From Mustelus asterias (Eukaryota), in the NCBI RefSeq assembly GCF_964213995.1, contig NC_135812.1:62496001-62560000 (forward strand): a stretch of DNA of 64,000 nucleotides. Reading direction: 5' to 3'. Of the stretch, positions 25,039 through 38,404 are shown piece after piece. The first letter of the stretch is position 1, and every line of letters begins with the position of its first letter. The notes under the pieces were generated by a model. The model had not been told where the DNA came from. It saw only the letters and a list, made by a program, of their open reading frames with translations, and made no database searches. Position numbers and translations under genes: made by a program.

Positions 25039-25330
25039 GCAGTGGTTAGCACTGCTGCCTCACAGCGCCAGGAACCCGGTTCGATTCCCGGCTTGGGCCA
25101 CTGTCTGTACGGAGTCCGCATGGTCGCCCAGTGTCTGCGTGGGTTTCTTCCGGGTGCTCCGGTTTCCTCCCACTGTCCGAAAGACGTGCTGGTTAGACGC
25201 ATTGGCCATGCTAAATTCTCCCTCAATGTACCCAAACAGGTGCCAGAGTGTGGCAACTAGGGGATTTACACAGTAACTTCATTGCAGTGTTAATGAAACC
25301 CTACTTATGACACTAATAAATAAACTTTAA
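25039..25330 (+). mobile_element. V-SINE variant with alternative tail
   Basis: GCAGTGGTTAGCACTGCTGCCTCACAGCGCCAGG..GGTTCGATTCCCGG head. Tail as at 2355. Confidence 0.85.
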
Positions 25331-25899
25331 AATTAACCAATTCTCTTAACTCCCATTGTTTCTAATTATAGTTTGGAAGCCTGTTCTGACCAATTCAAAG
25401 ATGTGAAATATTTGCATCAATTGTTTCAAAAGAATTCGGTGATAGCTGACTGTACACTACATGAAATAATGTTTGCAGTAACATGTAATGTTAGCAAAAA
25501 TATATGAAGTTCCAGAAGTTAGTTCACCCGAATTGACAAGATGACTAACAATGGGTAACACACAATAGTTGTATTTCACATGTAACAAATATCTATTTGA
25601 CACACTGTAACCATGAATGCTGTAGAAAAGTAGTTTATTAGTGTACATTTTCAGAGAAATTGTTGCATACCATTTAATTCACCTTATACAAACAATGCAA
25701 AAAGATTATTTTGCACATTAAATGATAAACTGAACAATGAACTGTCAGCCATAATATCAGACATGCAGGACAAAGACAACAAAAGCTGTAATTAAAATAG
25801 GCACCACATGACTGCAAAACAAACAACAGGGTTTTAGTTGGTAATGTCCCATTTTGCAGCTAAACTCAAGATCCTGTTACTAAATTACCAGACTGCTTA

Positions 25900-26770
25900 T
25901 CTGATATGCAGTATTGGATGATTAGAAATGTTCTCCAATTAAACAATGATTTAAACGTTCCAAATATTTTTAAGGCCGGCTCCAAACTCCACTCCCTAAC
26001 TCCCGGCTCAGTCTTGTCCCTGGCAAAAGTCCGAATTAAGCAAGTTCATTGCAGCTTTGGTGTCACATTCGACAGAGGTGAGCTTCCGATCTTATTCACG
26101 CCATCATTAACATCTCCCATGTTTCACCTCTGTCATATTGCTTGACTTTACCCCATCTCAGCTAATCTGCTGAAACCCTCATTCCTCTACTTTCATTAGC
26201 AGTCCAAAGATGTGCAGGTTAGGTTGAATGGCCATGCTAAATTGATCCTAGTGTCAGGGGGTTAGCAGCTTAAGTATGTGGGGTTATGGGAATAGGACCT
26301 GGGTGAGATTGTATGATTATTGTCAGGTTCAAGTTTATTAACACACTCTCGGCTGGCTTCCCACATTCTACGCTCCCTCACCCCAAAACTCACATAAACT
26401 TGGTAATCCAAAGCTGTACTATCCATGTCTTAATGCTGAGCAAGTTTGCTCCCCATCACACCTGTGCTCACTGACCTACATGGGCTCCTGGTCAAAGCAA
26501 TGTCTTGATTTTGAAATTTTCATCTCTTTTTTCAAATTCCTCCATGGCCTTGCCCCTCCCTACCACTGTAATCTCCTCCAGCTCCACAGCGCTCAGATAT
26601 CTGAGTTCATCTAATTCTGGTCTTGAGTTTCCTCTATTTTAAATGCTTCATCATTGGTGACCACGTCTTCAGCTGCCCAGGTCCCAGACCCTGGAAAACT
26701 CTCCCTAAATCTCCCCATCACTCTAACTTGCTCTCCTTCTTTAAAATACTCCTCAAAACCTACCTCAATG
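25900..26770 (+). mobile_element. Degenerate L2 3' region with an HE1 fragment at ~26200-26312
   Basis: CCCCATCACACCTGTGCTCACTGACCTACATGGGCTCCTGG..CCATGGCCTTGCCCCTCCCTA, an L2-like C-terminal signature (HITPVLxxLHWL). Confidence 0.65.
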
Positions 26771-26900
26771 ACAAAGATTCTGGTCTGGCGAGCATAGATG
26801 ATGATGGACAGAAAGGACATGCCCCTCATCACAACAGTAACTGCTGTACTCAGGTATGTTTATGAGTGGGTGGGTGTTGGCTGAGATGGTTAGTCAGGTT

Positions 26901-26925
26901 GGGGGGGGGGGGGGGGGGGGGGGGG
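26901..26925 (+). repeat. Poly(G)25 within a G-rich tract (~26865-27045)
   Basis: Direct observation. Confidence 0.9.
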
Positions 26926-27229
26926 AGGTTTAGGGTTGAGGTCATTTGGCTGGGGTTGAGGGGCTTGTGGGAGGGATAGATTGGATCAGGTCAAGAGTGC
27001 AGCCAGATTGGCTTGATGGGCTATTGGGGGAGGGGGGGTAGGTTGTGTTGCTGAGTTCAGTTATGCTGGATAACTGTGGAATAATTTCCAGGATAAATAT
27101 CCGGGTAAGTCCAGTGTGTCTGGCCCAAATCTCAGTGTCGGAGTCTTCCGTGGATCATTCCGGGCAGCACAACTCAGCCTATCAGACGCTTAAACTTCCT
27201 GGGCAATTACAGTGCAGGTCTGTGCATCC

Positions 27230-27574
27230 ATAGAATCCCTACAGTACAGAAAGAGGCCATCATACCCTTCGAGTCTGCACCAACTCGCCGAAAGAGCTTC
27301 CCACCTAGGCCCTCCCCTCCGCCTTATTCCCGTAAACCCGCACATTTTTCACGGCTAATCCACCTAACCTACACATCTTTGGGCACTAAGGGATAAATTT
27401 AGCATGGCCAGTTCACCTAACCTGCACATCTTTGGACTGTCAGAAGAAACTGGAGCACCCGAAGGAAATTCACGCAGACATGGGGAGAATGTGCAAACTC
27501 CACACAGTCACTCCAGGCTAGAACTGAACCGGAGTCCCTGGTGCTGTAAGATAGCAGTGCTAACCACTGTGCCA
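27230..27574 (-). mobile_element. HE1/V-SINE
   Basis: Full head-to-tail reverse-complement match to the other copies. Confidence 0.85.
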
Positions 27575-28929
27575 TCGAAAAGTTCAGGCCAATATCTTTA
27601 TGTGACTTGGTATTATGCTTGATTTTGTAATGTGAAACGCCTTGGGACATTCCATTATGTTAAGGATGGCAAATAAGTACAAGCTCTTTTCCATTTTTTT
27701 CTATTCTGCAAGACACATTATCCAAACCAATGTGATCCACTTTCAAATCACAGGGTTGGGCACAAGCTAGCTGTACTTTCAGATCTGTAATATCATACCT
27801 GAGGATAAAGTTAAATGTTAATCAAATTAAGAAAAAGTCTATGAAGATGATGTGCACTTCAGGTGAGAGAGACCGGCAAATAAATTAAAATATTCCCACT
27901 TTTTGCTAACAATGACAACAGCAGAACACCACTGTCAAAGATCAATAGGGGGATTTGATGCAAGATGAAGCTCATTCATTAATGACCTAATATTTGCATG
28001 CAATGAACTCGTCCTCAGATTCAGAATGCTCAAACAGTACAGGAGGATGAAATCTCATCAGAGCTAAATTCAAACCACCAAAATTTTCAGAATAATATTT
28101 TACCACTTTCATTGCACCACTCAATCTTCTGGCTGATTTGATTAGGTTGTTGATGCATCATGTCACAAATAATGTCTACTAAAACATACGTATGGCAAAC
28201 ACCTATTTGAATTTCAGAATACATACATGGCTTGGGAAAGTCAATTATTACAAGACACTAATCCTCAACCATGTTAACTGTACTTTGTAGCACCCTTGGA
28301 TATGTAGCTATAGCATTCTAATAGCAAGATATCACCAGCACACCTCAGCGTGAAAGGTTCTCTTTCTCACTGAATTTAAAAAAGAACCAAAGGTAGGCCT
28401 AGCTACTGTGCGGATTATAACAATGGTCAGATTGTTACCTTGTTGGAAGCGAGATTATTTTGCTCTCAAGAAACATAGCTGACAACGCTTACCATCTATT
28501 ACACTATCCCACTTTCAGGAAGTTTAGACTACTGATGCATAAAATAGCCAGTCAATAGTCTAACCAAGTTGCAGTTTTGTGGCTCATGCCAATAAATATT
28601 GAGACAACAGGACTGGAAATCCTCCATTAATAAACTAGCTGATGCTCAGCAAAGTGGAACATTCTGCACCAGTCATGGACACAAAGTGCAAGAGGTTTAA
28701 TTTTGCAGCAGTCTTAATAAAGCATGCACAAATCAAACAATAACATTTTAATATTCATACACCCACAGTTTGCAATAATTGTGACAAAGCATTGCATTGA
28801 TTTGCCAAACCAATGGAAATGGACAACATACAAAGTAAACATAAAAGAAACACAGAGGCCAGGCGAATGTACTAAACCTCTAATGCTGTTGTTAGGTCAC
28901 CAGCCAAAGATGTGTGTTGGTCTAACTTA

Positions 28930-29130
28930 GGAACAGGCATAGGCCATTCAGCCGTACAAGCCTGTTGTGCCGTTCAATTAGATCATGGCTGATCTGCATC
29001 CCAACTCTATCCACCCACCTTGGTTCCACATTCTTTAAAACCATGGCTCCAAAAATCTATCACTCTTAGATTTAAAATGAATTGAGCTAGCATCTAATAC
29101 TTGTAGTGGGAGAGAGTTTCGCACTTGCTT
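28930..29130 (-). mobile_element. CR1 3' tail fragment
   Basis: GGAACAGGCATAGGCCATTCAGCC..GATCATGGCTGATCTG. Confidence 0.7.
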
Positions 29131-29975
29131 CCACTGTTTGAAATAGCTTGCAATCAAGGACAAAAATTAAGGAACTCCGACTTAAAGATGCCCACAATTA
29201 TTTCCCACCAGTTGAACCATTGTACAAGCTACCAAACTCAATTTTAGATCATGCTAATTATTAAGGCAGATGTCAGTACACTGCAACATTTTTGCGTCGT
29301 GACACTGTGAAAGGATTGATAAGGTTGTTGTGCAGAAATCAAACAATTTTAAAATAAATTTAGAATCTCTGGCTCATCTGATTCTTTAAAAATATGCCTG
29401 CAGACACAGCAATGAGAGATTTAATTCCACACAGGCCAACGCAGAGTCCAGGAAACAGACCCAGACAAATCCCAGTGCATGACCACACACAAAAAAATTC
29501 CAACTCCCACAGTGACATGCCTTCACTCAGTGACAATAACCAATGGTGGTTTACCTAAAGGGAAGGTGTCAATCATCAAGTAGCTCTAGCTGTCCCATGC
29601 CAGCGCTTTACTCACAGACTAAAGGATAACAAAGGGGAGCAAAATGAAATAAGGTTAGAAAGCAAAGCATCACTATTAACCTATGAACCACAGACTAATA
29701 ATTTTGGCTGGATTCTGCCCAGTATTATCTCAAGGGGTAATCTATGAAAAGTAACAAGATACAGAGTAATCTATGGTGGTTCTTCCATGCAAGCTGATCT
29801 GAGTGACTTTGTTCTTTTCTTTCACCAACAAAAATGGCTGAAAGTTTTTTTTTCATATAGGTTTAAAAAGAATTTTCCGTTGCTCTCTCCCCTTTTCAGT
29901 GATCTTACACTCTACCTCTAAGGATACAGCCAGTGCAGACACACCGTTAACAGTACGGTGCACATGGCATCTAAG

Positions 29976-30107
29976 GTGGAGATGCTGGCATTGGACTGGG
30001 GTGGGCACAGTAAGAAGTCTCACAACACCAGGTTAAAGTCCAACAGGTTTATTTGGAATCACGAGCTTTTGGAGCGCTGCTCCTTCATTGACCATCATTC
30101 CTAAGCT
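29976..30107 (-). mobile_element. Short Penelope-like element end with a degenerate hammerhead truncated in CUGAUGA
   Basis: Minus strand ATGAAGGAGCAGCGCTCCAAAAGCTCGTG..CATCTCCAC. CATCTAAG is repeated at 29968-29975 and 30108-30115 (TSD). Confidence 0.8.
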
Positions 30108-31616
30108 CATCTAAGTTAGGAATGATAGTCTTTGCACTGATCTCAGAATGGGGAATCTATCATTCCCATCTTAGCTTTGATGAATCTTTCGAAGGTGTAT
30201 TATACCTACAAAAAAATTAATGTTAAAAAATTCCTCATTTTCTTCATGAAAAATGATCCCCCAGCAACCCCAAACAAGAGACAGGCAAGCTGCTTCCCTG
30301 ATTCTCCATATGCAGCTCTGTAGCTTACTACTGTTGATTGGTTTAGCTCTCAAGTAACTCTTGTCTGTCTCCCTTTATTTCTCTAATGTTGTTGACTTTC
30401 CAACCAGGGCACTACTTGGTGAATCATACTTATTACTGGCCATTTCAGATAGGGCCTTTTTCAAAAAGGTGCACTTCACTTAACTTTAAAAAAAGAATTA
30501 AGTTATACAAATATCAGAGGGTAACCAGCCCGTATCCCCAGAAAACAATCATCCCTAGGAAGGAACCACCACCTTCAGTGAGGAGGAGGGGAGGAAAACA
30601 TTGCAAAAAAGGATTTCCATTTTTATATAGTAAAACCTCACTTGCAAATAGGGCGTTGGTTGCAATAAAAGAAGAAAGCGAGAACAGTTTTTCACCACAA
30701 CAGGTTTATCAGGCTAATTTTCTCCATATTTGGACTAATACTACAAATTATTTAAAACTAAACACCAAGAATTTAACTAGACAAAAATTACAAGTGGATT
30801 ATTTTAAATGTTGTTATATAAACTCAACATTTCACCTCAAAGATCAGCTTTGCATGGGAACGGTTCAGCACGATAAGTGTATATTTAAAATTAAAACAAA
30901 TAAATGGTACACAACCTGACTTGGTGGCTTACCTGACAATGACGCATCTAAAAATGGGAAGACACAACTCAAAAACCCACAAGACAAATCAGTGATGCAA
31001 AGCTGCCTCATGTACATTTGTTTTCAACTATGTACCAAGTCAAGTCATGCATTTGTTTTATACCACAGGTATGATTTTTTGAAACTGAAAATATTCTTTT
31101 GTACCATCAGAAAGGCTCGAAGCACCAAATCGGAGTCCACACCTGAGGTATAAAACTCAATTATCAGAACACATCAACTGTTTCAGGAACTACACATAGC
31201 AGCTAATTTCCTCCCAATTTACTTGTTCAGCATGTTTATTTCCATCTTGGATTAAATCAAAAATATTATTTTAGATTAGGTAGTAGACAAAGAAGAGTTT
31301 AATTTTCCAGGTCCAGTAAGTTAAAATTAAATTCTGTAAGCATAATGGGTTATTTATTAATGTGTAGAGGTTTCCTGTTTCCTGAAGAGCTTACCTGTAT
31401 CATGAAGATTAAGTGCCTTAGTGTAATCCTCAGTCCATACTAGCTTCCAGCAACTACTACACTACCAGCCTCTGAACTAGTTTATCAAGTAGAATAATAA
31501 AAGGATGCTTGACAGAACACATATGATAATATTAGCAAATATACTGAAGTACTCAACACTACCGCTTAACCTGAAGCAAAGAACAGATACCAGAAATGTT
31601 AAATAATAGAGCTTAC

Positions 31617-31699
31617 CTTTGACCTAAGTGTGCGATCTGCTCGTTTTGCTGCAGCTGCCATCTTTAGGATATCTGGATTGCTTTTTGATTTCATTATAT
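31617..31699 (-). CDS. MPRIP: MPRIP-family exon (DIMKSKSNPDILKMAAAAKRADRTLRSK)
   Basis: ttttttctcag|AT ... AAG|gtaagc, 83 nt, phase 1 to 0. DIMKSKSNPD is the MPRIP motif. Confidence 0.92.
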
Positions 31700-32709
31700 C
31701 TGAGAAAAAATGTTTCATTCTTTTAAAATTTGGCCTCCTGCTTGCTCCAAGACTCAATTTCAAGGCTGTAAGTTCAAAGCCACTTTTATGTATCAAGTTG
31801 TCCCCACTTCCACAAAACGTGCTTACAGCCATTTTTGCTTGAACAGTCATGGTGACGGCAGTAATTTCTCAATGGTTCCGAGCACAGGTATAACACCCCT
31901 ACAACATTTTAGGGATTTTAGGAAACAGGCTTTCTTTTGAATTGTGTAACTCTATGGTGGAGCTATTGTAGCAGGAATATTTTAAGTTGAGTGCTTCCAT
32001 GTCCAGAGTTTCAGGAAGTTAAAATAGTATTTTCTAGCTAGCTGTCATAACAAATTTGTAACCAAACTCCCCATACCAGATGCATTGTCTCCATTTTGCT
32101 CCCTTTTTCCTGAAGACACCGGATATATTGGAATACGGTTTCATGGGGATGAAAGCCCAGCCATTCATCAGGTGCAAGTTTGTCAACAAGTTATTTGATT
32201 AGAAGGTACATCCTGCCCTTGCCAGTAGAAGTCACTGTACAGAAGAGAATAGGATACAGGAAGGCATTTTCACTTTCCTCTCTCTGACTGCTGAGAACAG
32301 CAACAGAGCAGCCAACCTCACCCAACTGAGATTTTCTGAATCAGTATGAATGGCACCAAGTCCGGGGCCCTGCTGGCTTGCACTCTTAGAACAAAAAGGA
32401 AGACTTGAAATAAGTTGATCTCTGAGAAAATTCAATTAAAATAAAATTAAGCTCAATTGCACACTCTAATGTCACATAGTGAGTCCAGATGAAACATTTC
32501 AGCCCATAAGATTTCACAATTTTTCAAACTTGTCAGCGGTCTCTTAAATAAATTCATTGTACTGGCCCCAAGCACCTTTCTTGAAGGTTATTATCTAGAT
32601 ACCCCATTTCAGAAAGAAAAACATAAAGAGCTTGTTCTTCGCCAGAACAAAACATATTCTATTTAAATTAGTACAATTATATTTGCTATTATTTTTAATT
32701 CCGATGTAC

Positions 32710-32872
32710 CGTATCTGCTGTGCTCTGTTTCATCCATGGGCTGTTCCCCCAGTGCTTCTTGTGCCAGCTGAAGCTGCTCTTTTAGTCTGTTTACGTCACG
32801 TTCTGACTTAGCCTTTACGATACTTAGCTCTGTGTAGATGTCCTTATACTTGTCTGTGGCGTACTTTTTATC
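32710..32872 (-). CDS. MPRIP: MPRIP-family exon (DKKYATDKYKDIYTELSIVKAKSERDVNRLKEQLQLAQEALGEQPMDETEHSRY)
   Basis: ttcttcag|GAT ... TACG|gtacat, 163 nt, phase 0 to 1. Confidence 0.92.
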
Positions 32873-34844
32873 CTGAAGAAACAGATGTACTTGTGCAGAA
32901 TTTACAAAGAAATTACATTGTGTTGTCTCAACCCAGCGACGGTAGCTCTAAATCTCAGGCTGCTCATCACTCAGTTCTGCCTTTGGCACACTGGCGATTT
33001 CAATTTGCCAATCACGACAGCTTGCATCTTATACTCTCAAGCACAACACCAGTCCAAACATCCAGCATCACCTTTGACTTGACAAAGGAATATTGCTAAT
33101 CATTCTCCATTGTCAAATCCTCCATCTACTCCAAGATCATTCTTGAAAGTGAGGACAAACCCATACTCCTCAAACATTGAACACATCCTCTGACCTAACA
33201 CACTGTACTTTCCATTCACACTTTCAAGTCCAGCACGCAGCAACATGTGAACTTAATTTAATGGAGCATTTAATTTAGCTGGTCTTATGGTTTTGAAATA
33301 TTTCTGGAGAAATTTTAATCTGTATAGTCAACACTATTTGCATCATCGATAAAGGAAAATGGTGTTTTTTAAACTGATCTCAAACTTAGGATTTGAAACG
33401 GGTGCAAATAAGACACCTGCCTTTCACCACCTGACACTAGTTGCAATGATGGAACCAAATGTATTTTTAAATTATTAAAACCAATACCAATCAGATAATT
33501 GCTTGGAGGTTTCCAAGTATAAATGTAATGTTGGAATGGACACAATAGGCCTGCTATGCTGTAATCATACAAGTTGTATATATTTGAATTAATGCTGTCA
33601 CTTTAATATTTGTAGATGCTGTTTTGGGCAGCGACATCAGATGCACCAAAGAATAAAAATTCTGCCAGGTCTTCAACCACTTTCCATTGCAAATCCAACT
33701 ATATGTAGAAGTGATTTCATACCCAGCTCTATGTAGTTTGCGTTGTACACTACTAATTGTGACCACACCTATTTCTAGGTTTAAAAACAGATACCATTAT
33801 AATGAGACAAGTAATACTACAAAGTTGACATACAGAGTTCTAGCTAAAACAAAGAGCAACTGCAGAATAAGGGACAGAGACCTGGGGCAGATAACTAGCT
33901 AGCAATGGTGTCGGTTTGCAGGGACATGAGGGAGAAATGAAAATTAACAGAGTCAGGATTCCCATGTAAACCAAGCTGCTGACTTTACTAGTGCCAAAGC
34001 CGCTGTCACTCTCTATCCTGGCACAAAATCCGTAATTTAATTTTTAAAATGCAGGAGAAATACTGCAGCAATTTCTGTAGCCTGTTATAGCGATGTAAAA
34101 CTCTTAAGCTGTTTAAACTCTTACTCATTAGCTGGAATTCCTTGGTTTGATCTTTTTGTGCTGTTGTACATATTGTATGGAAAGGAGTGCCAAGCAGTGC
34201 AAATTCTGTCTAACTTAATTAGAGCCAGAAGGCACAATGTTCTTCCCACTTCATCTTGTTTTATGATCAATAATAATGCACATTCTGGTTATTGAATACA
34301 GTATGGAAAAATTAGTACTATATTCTTTACATCATACAAGTTATCATCCAGCTCTCCAAACTTGGAAAAGACAAATCTTGGGTTTTGGAGGGAGTTCTCA
34401 GAATAGCAACTAGACACATCAGTGTAATAAAAACACTTCATAGCTGGTAATAAATCTGTGCCCTTTTGTTACTCCTTCAAAGATTAATATCTAATGCAAA
34501 TGCACAAAAATGCACAAATCGTTTAGTGAAGAATAGCAATAGCTTTCCTCATGGCTTATTCGATAAAGGTATTGCCTGGTTTGATAATGATCTGTTCAAA
34601 CCAGAAGATTGCAGATTTTGATCCTGATCTGAGCTATGGTGGCCAATCTTGGTCACGGTAGCAGCTAGATACTACAATTAGTGTCAGTTCTCCTCGGCTG
34701 GGGAGCGGGTGAGTATGGGGACGGGCAGCAGTTGGTATAAAATAAATCAGGGTTCTAATTTCTGACTGCTATCCATTAAGTTCTGCTAGAAATGCTGGTG
34801 CATGGATATCAGGTGAATTCAGCAATGTCTCCCATGGATGTATG

Positions 34845-34990
34845 AGCACTGTGGGTGTTCCGTCAACACTTGGACTACAGTGGTTCAAGAAGGCAGCTCA
34901 CCGCCACCTTCTCAAGGGCAAGTAGGGATGGGCAATAAATGGTGGTCTAGCTAGTGATAGCAGCATCCTACGAATGAATAAATAATAAAA
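34845..34990 (+). mobile_element. LINE 3' tail fragment
   Basis: GGTTCAAGAAGGCAGCTCACCGCCACCTTCTCAAGGGCAA..GGGCAATAAATG, then an A-rich end. Confidence 0.7.
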
Positions 34991-35191
34991 AACATAATCG
35001 GCTTCCGTTCAGCTTGAAAGCTCTCACCCAAAGATACAGCGAGAAGGTTGTTGGCAGCTAAATGGATTTGTTGCCCTCAGAAGAGAAGGAAAATAAAAGG
35101 AAGGCAGAATAACTTAAAAACTAGCTCTTAGTTGAAACAGAAAATGGTAAATCTACCATCAGGCATTCAGTATAGTGAGAAGAGTACTTAC

Positions 35192-35278
35192 ACGTTGAGC
35201 TGTCTGCAGTTCGTCTTTCAGAGAATTAATTTCCTGCTTTAAGTACTGTATTTCCGATTCTTTAACCCGCAGCAACAC
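35192..35278 (-). CDS. MPRIP: MPRIP-family exon (VLLRVKESEIQYLKQEINSLKDELQTAQR)
   Basis: gtctag|GTG ... CGT|gtaagt, 87 nt, phase 0-0. Confidence 0.93.
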
Positions 35279-36018
35279 CTAGACAGGACACAAATAATTT
35301 GTATTAAATATTGGAATATTTCAATGAGACTCATACATCAAACTGCAGTGAATCTTTTACCTATTGGGAAGGCATGGCTTTAAGATAGTGTTCAGGTTTA
35401 ATGTTCATGGCAGACTACCATGGTAAAGTGAAATACTAAGTCCCTTCTTTAATTTATTGAGGAATCTACACCAATCGTTGTAAGATCTGATTGAAATTCT
35501 TTCTGATGTCATTTTTTACAAAACTTGTTTTCGTCAGGCTGAATAGAACATTTATGAATGTTTTGTATTATATTGCTCCAGTGCTTTTTGTTGTATAATC
35601 AATTACATTTTTAAAATTGGTTCGGATTTTTATTTTCTGTATTCAAATTTTTTGGGAGGATTTTTCGTAAGTATAAACAGTCCAATGAGTCTTCCCCCAA
35701 CTCAGCAAAACTAAGATTTCATTGCTCAGCTGAGCTTTTCCCAACCAAATCTTGACATTTTCCCTACTTTTCCTGCATTCCCAGTTACGATTCACCGCAC
35801 CATCTTATGATCTGATCCATCCTCAAGAAAAATAGCACCAATAATTCTGAAGACCAAAGCTAATCTGACAACCACAGGGCTCAGATCCTCATAAAGCAGC
35901 TGTTAGTCAGTGTCAGTTTTGTACAATCAAATTCCTAATCAGGATCAAACCTGCTTGTAGGATATTTAACACCTTGACAATTTTGCTCAGAGATTTGTTC
36001 GACATAAGTATAGCTTAC

Positions 36019-36132
36019 CTCCAATTCATATACTTCTTTGCCTTGCGACAGGCCAGTGACATCTCCTCCATTGTCACTAGTCATCATTGTTCTCAGCCGG
36101 GTTATTTCTGTAGCCAAACGATTATTCAGTTC
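36019..36132 (-). CDS. MPRIP: MPRIP-family exon (ELNNRLATEITRLRTMMTSDNGGDVTGLSQGKEVYELE)
   Basis: ccaatag|GAA ... GAG|gtaagc, 114 nt, phase 0-0. Confidence 0.93.
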
Positions 36133-36507
36133 CTATTGGAAATATTAAACCCAGTAAACACACTCTCCCCATAGATTTTCTGATGGTACTAATTCTTGGG
36201 AGGCAAACTGTTACATGAGCATTAACAAACCGAGTGCTTTTAGGCAATTGACTATTCTTTACTCATAAACCTGAATAGGGCACTGATTAGTGAAATACCC
36301 CAATCAAGATTGGTGCAGTTTTCAATATTCACAAGTATATATTTTTGAGCCAGAGTAGGAATGCTCTCAATTTTCTCTTGCCAACAGAAATCAGATGAAG
36401 TTGGAAACTCTCTTTACACTATCTTCATTTAAACATTGCAAGTCTTGGAGTTATGATGTTATGATTTGGTGGGATTTCAACTGAGAGTGACGGAAGATAC
36501 ATCATAC

Positions 36508-36667
36508 CTGGTTATGTGCATTTAGCTCCTGGTTTTCACGCTGACATTGTCTTAATGCCTGTCGCTCTGCTTCCAACGCCTGAGCCAAATGTGCATTTTC
36601 TAGACACTTCTGGGAGTACTGCTCTGACAAGACCTCAATTTCTCGCTGCAATGATGCCAACTCCTCA
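36508..36667 (-). CDS. MPRIP: MPRIP-family exon (EELASLQREIEVLSEQYSQKCLENAHLAQALEAERQALRQCQRENQELNAHNQ)
   Basis: tttgacag|T ... CAG|gtatga, 160 nt, phase 2 to 0. Coiled-coil region. Confidence 0.94.
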
Positions 36668-38404
36668 CTGTCAAACAATGTGGAAAAAATGCACTTCTTG
36701 AATACTGCTCATTTAAACACGTTCAGTTTTTAAACCGTTATTCAGCCACAATATTTCAAGCATGCGTTATGAACCACATTGACAATCATTTCAGATCAGA
36801 CAGGACATTATTCCCTAGCCAAATGAAAAAAAATTAACAGCCTCAGGAAAGTTATCTAGGGTAGTTGGAAATGTTGTTAGGGTGGGATGGAGAGACTTGA
36901 AAGATGACGCATATTTACACCTGGTTCGGGAGCATTTAGCTTATATCGCATATGAAAATTTCTAACAGTAACTCAGATTGTGCTGTTATAATCTGATTTG
37001 CTATCTCTTCTTCAAAGGTTTTTTTTTCTCTACATTATGTGAAGCCTGTTTCAGAAAAGGTACTTAGCCCCTGGTTATTGGCATCTTCTGGTTGGATCAA
37101 AAGAGGTATAAAAGAGAATTTTATGTTCCAATTGCTTCTCAATGCTCTTCAGGGATTTTGAGTATGGCAATCTGTTTCTGTCTTTCCAAGTACCTGATAT
37201 CTCAGGTACGGTACTTGAGATCCAGCTATCCAAAAATCATCAATGTCCATAAAATCAGAATTCTTTTTTAAGTAGGCCATGCAAGAACACCCCATGGAGC
37301 TAAGTGCATAGATGAAACTTTAATAATTTAAGCTTTTGGCCACCAAAATATTTATATTATTCTGCTGGTTTTAGTTAATTAGCCACAATCCACAGAAGGC
37401 AGCAGAATTCCAATGCGCTCTCTGGCCAGTATTAGAATGAAGAATAAAATGGACACTTCGATGCAATATCATGCACCTGTCATTCTCTGCACTCCGAGTT
37501 GCCAGACTGACCGTTGACACCACCTGACCTGGCCTGATCCAAAGCCACAACACGGTGCCATTTTCACCACTGGTGCCCCACTGCAGATATTGCAGGTCAG
37601 TGTACAGTACAGCAGTTTCCTCTGTTGCTGACAGGTAAGCAACAACTATCACTGCACATGGTAATTATATCTTCTATGACCTTTAAAATTAAAAGTAGCA
37701 ACATAGCAAAGGGGAATTTGCCATTTTCTTATGGCCAAACAGAACTCAAAGGATAAACACATTGCAACATGCCTTCTCCAATGTGCATGAGACTGAAACT
37801 AACAGTCACCTTTTCTCCTAAAACTGGCAAGATCAGAAATCCAATACAGATCCCAAGGTTTCTGGTTTTGAGACACTCTACCCGAACAAAGTTTCAATTC
37901 ATATCTGCAGACATGGTACATTTCTCTCCCATGCTCCTCACTTACTGCTTACTTTAATTGATACGATGGCATAAGCAAACTAAGAGGTAAATTGTCACAA
38001 TGACAACAGACAAAATTCATCTTGTACAAACATTTCTGGATTGGTTGTACATAGTGAAAATGTATTTCCCCTGGTCACTGAATTGGTGACATTGGAGGGG
38101 AAACACAAAGATAATATTTCTATCCACACACAAAGGCCACTAGAAGAAGGAATATTTTATCATTAGAATTGGTAACATGCAAAGATACCAGTGGGGGCAA
38201 CAGATCAAGAAAGGGGCCAAGGATAATTGTTGAATTTTATTTTGTTTATAATCAAATGATTGATTAAAAAGGGCAGAATAGGATAGCAACTTGGACCCAA
38301 AATATTTGCAACAGTTCCTTGTTACCTGGTTTGAAGTATTTTTTTTCCTGTTATTCATATTTCAAGTCCCCTCCAATGATGTAGTTTATGCTGAGGCAGT
38401 TTGC

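Noticed and set aside
30386-30919. 177 aa plus-strand ORF
   Set aside because: Antisense within an AT-rich intron, with no domain signature. Probably chance.
31700-31868. In-frame upstream extension of the DIMKSK exon (ORF 31599..31850)
   Set aside because: There is a good acceptor at 31700 matching the upstream exon phase. The extension hits a stop at 31869-31871 and has no recognisable similarity.
32322-32421. Possible cassette exon with AG and GT sites
   Set aside because: Lengths of 98 or 100 nt break the frame and there is no homology support.
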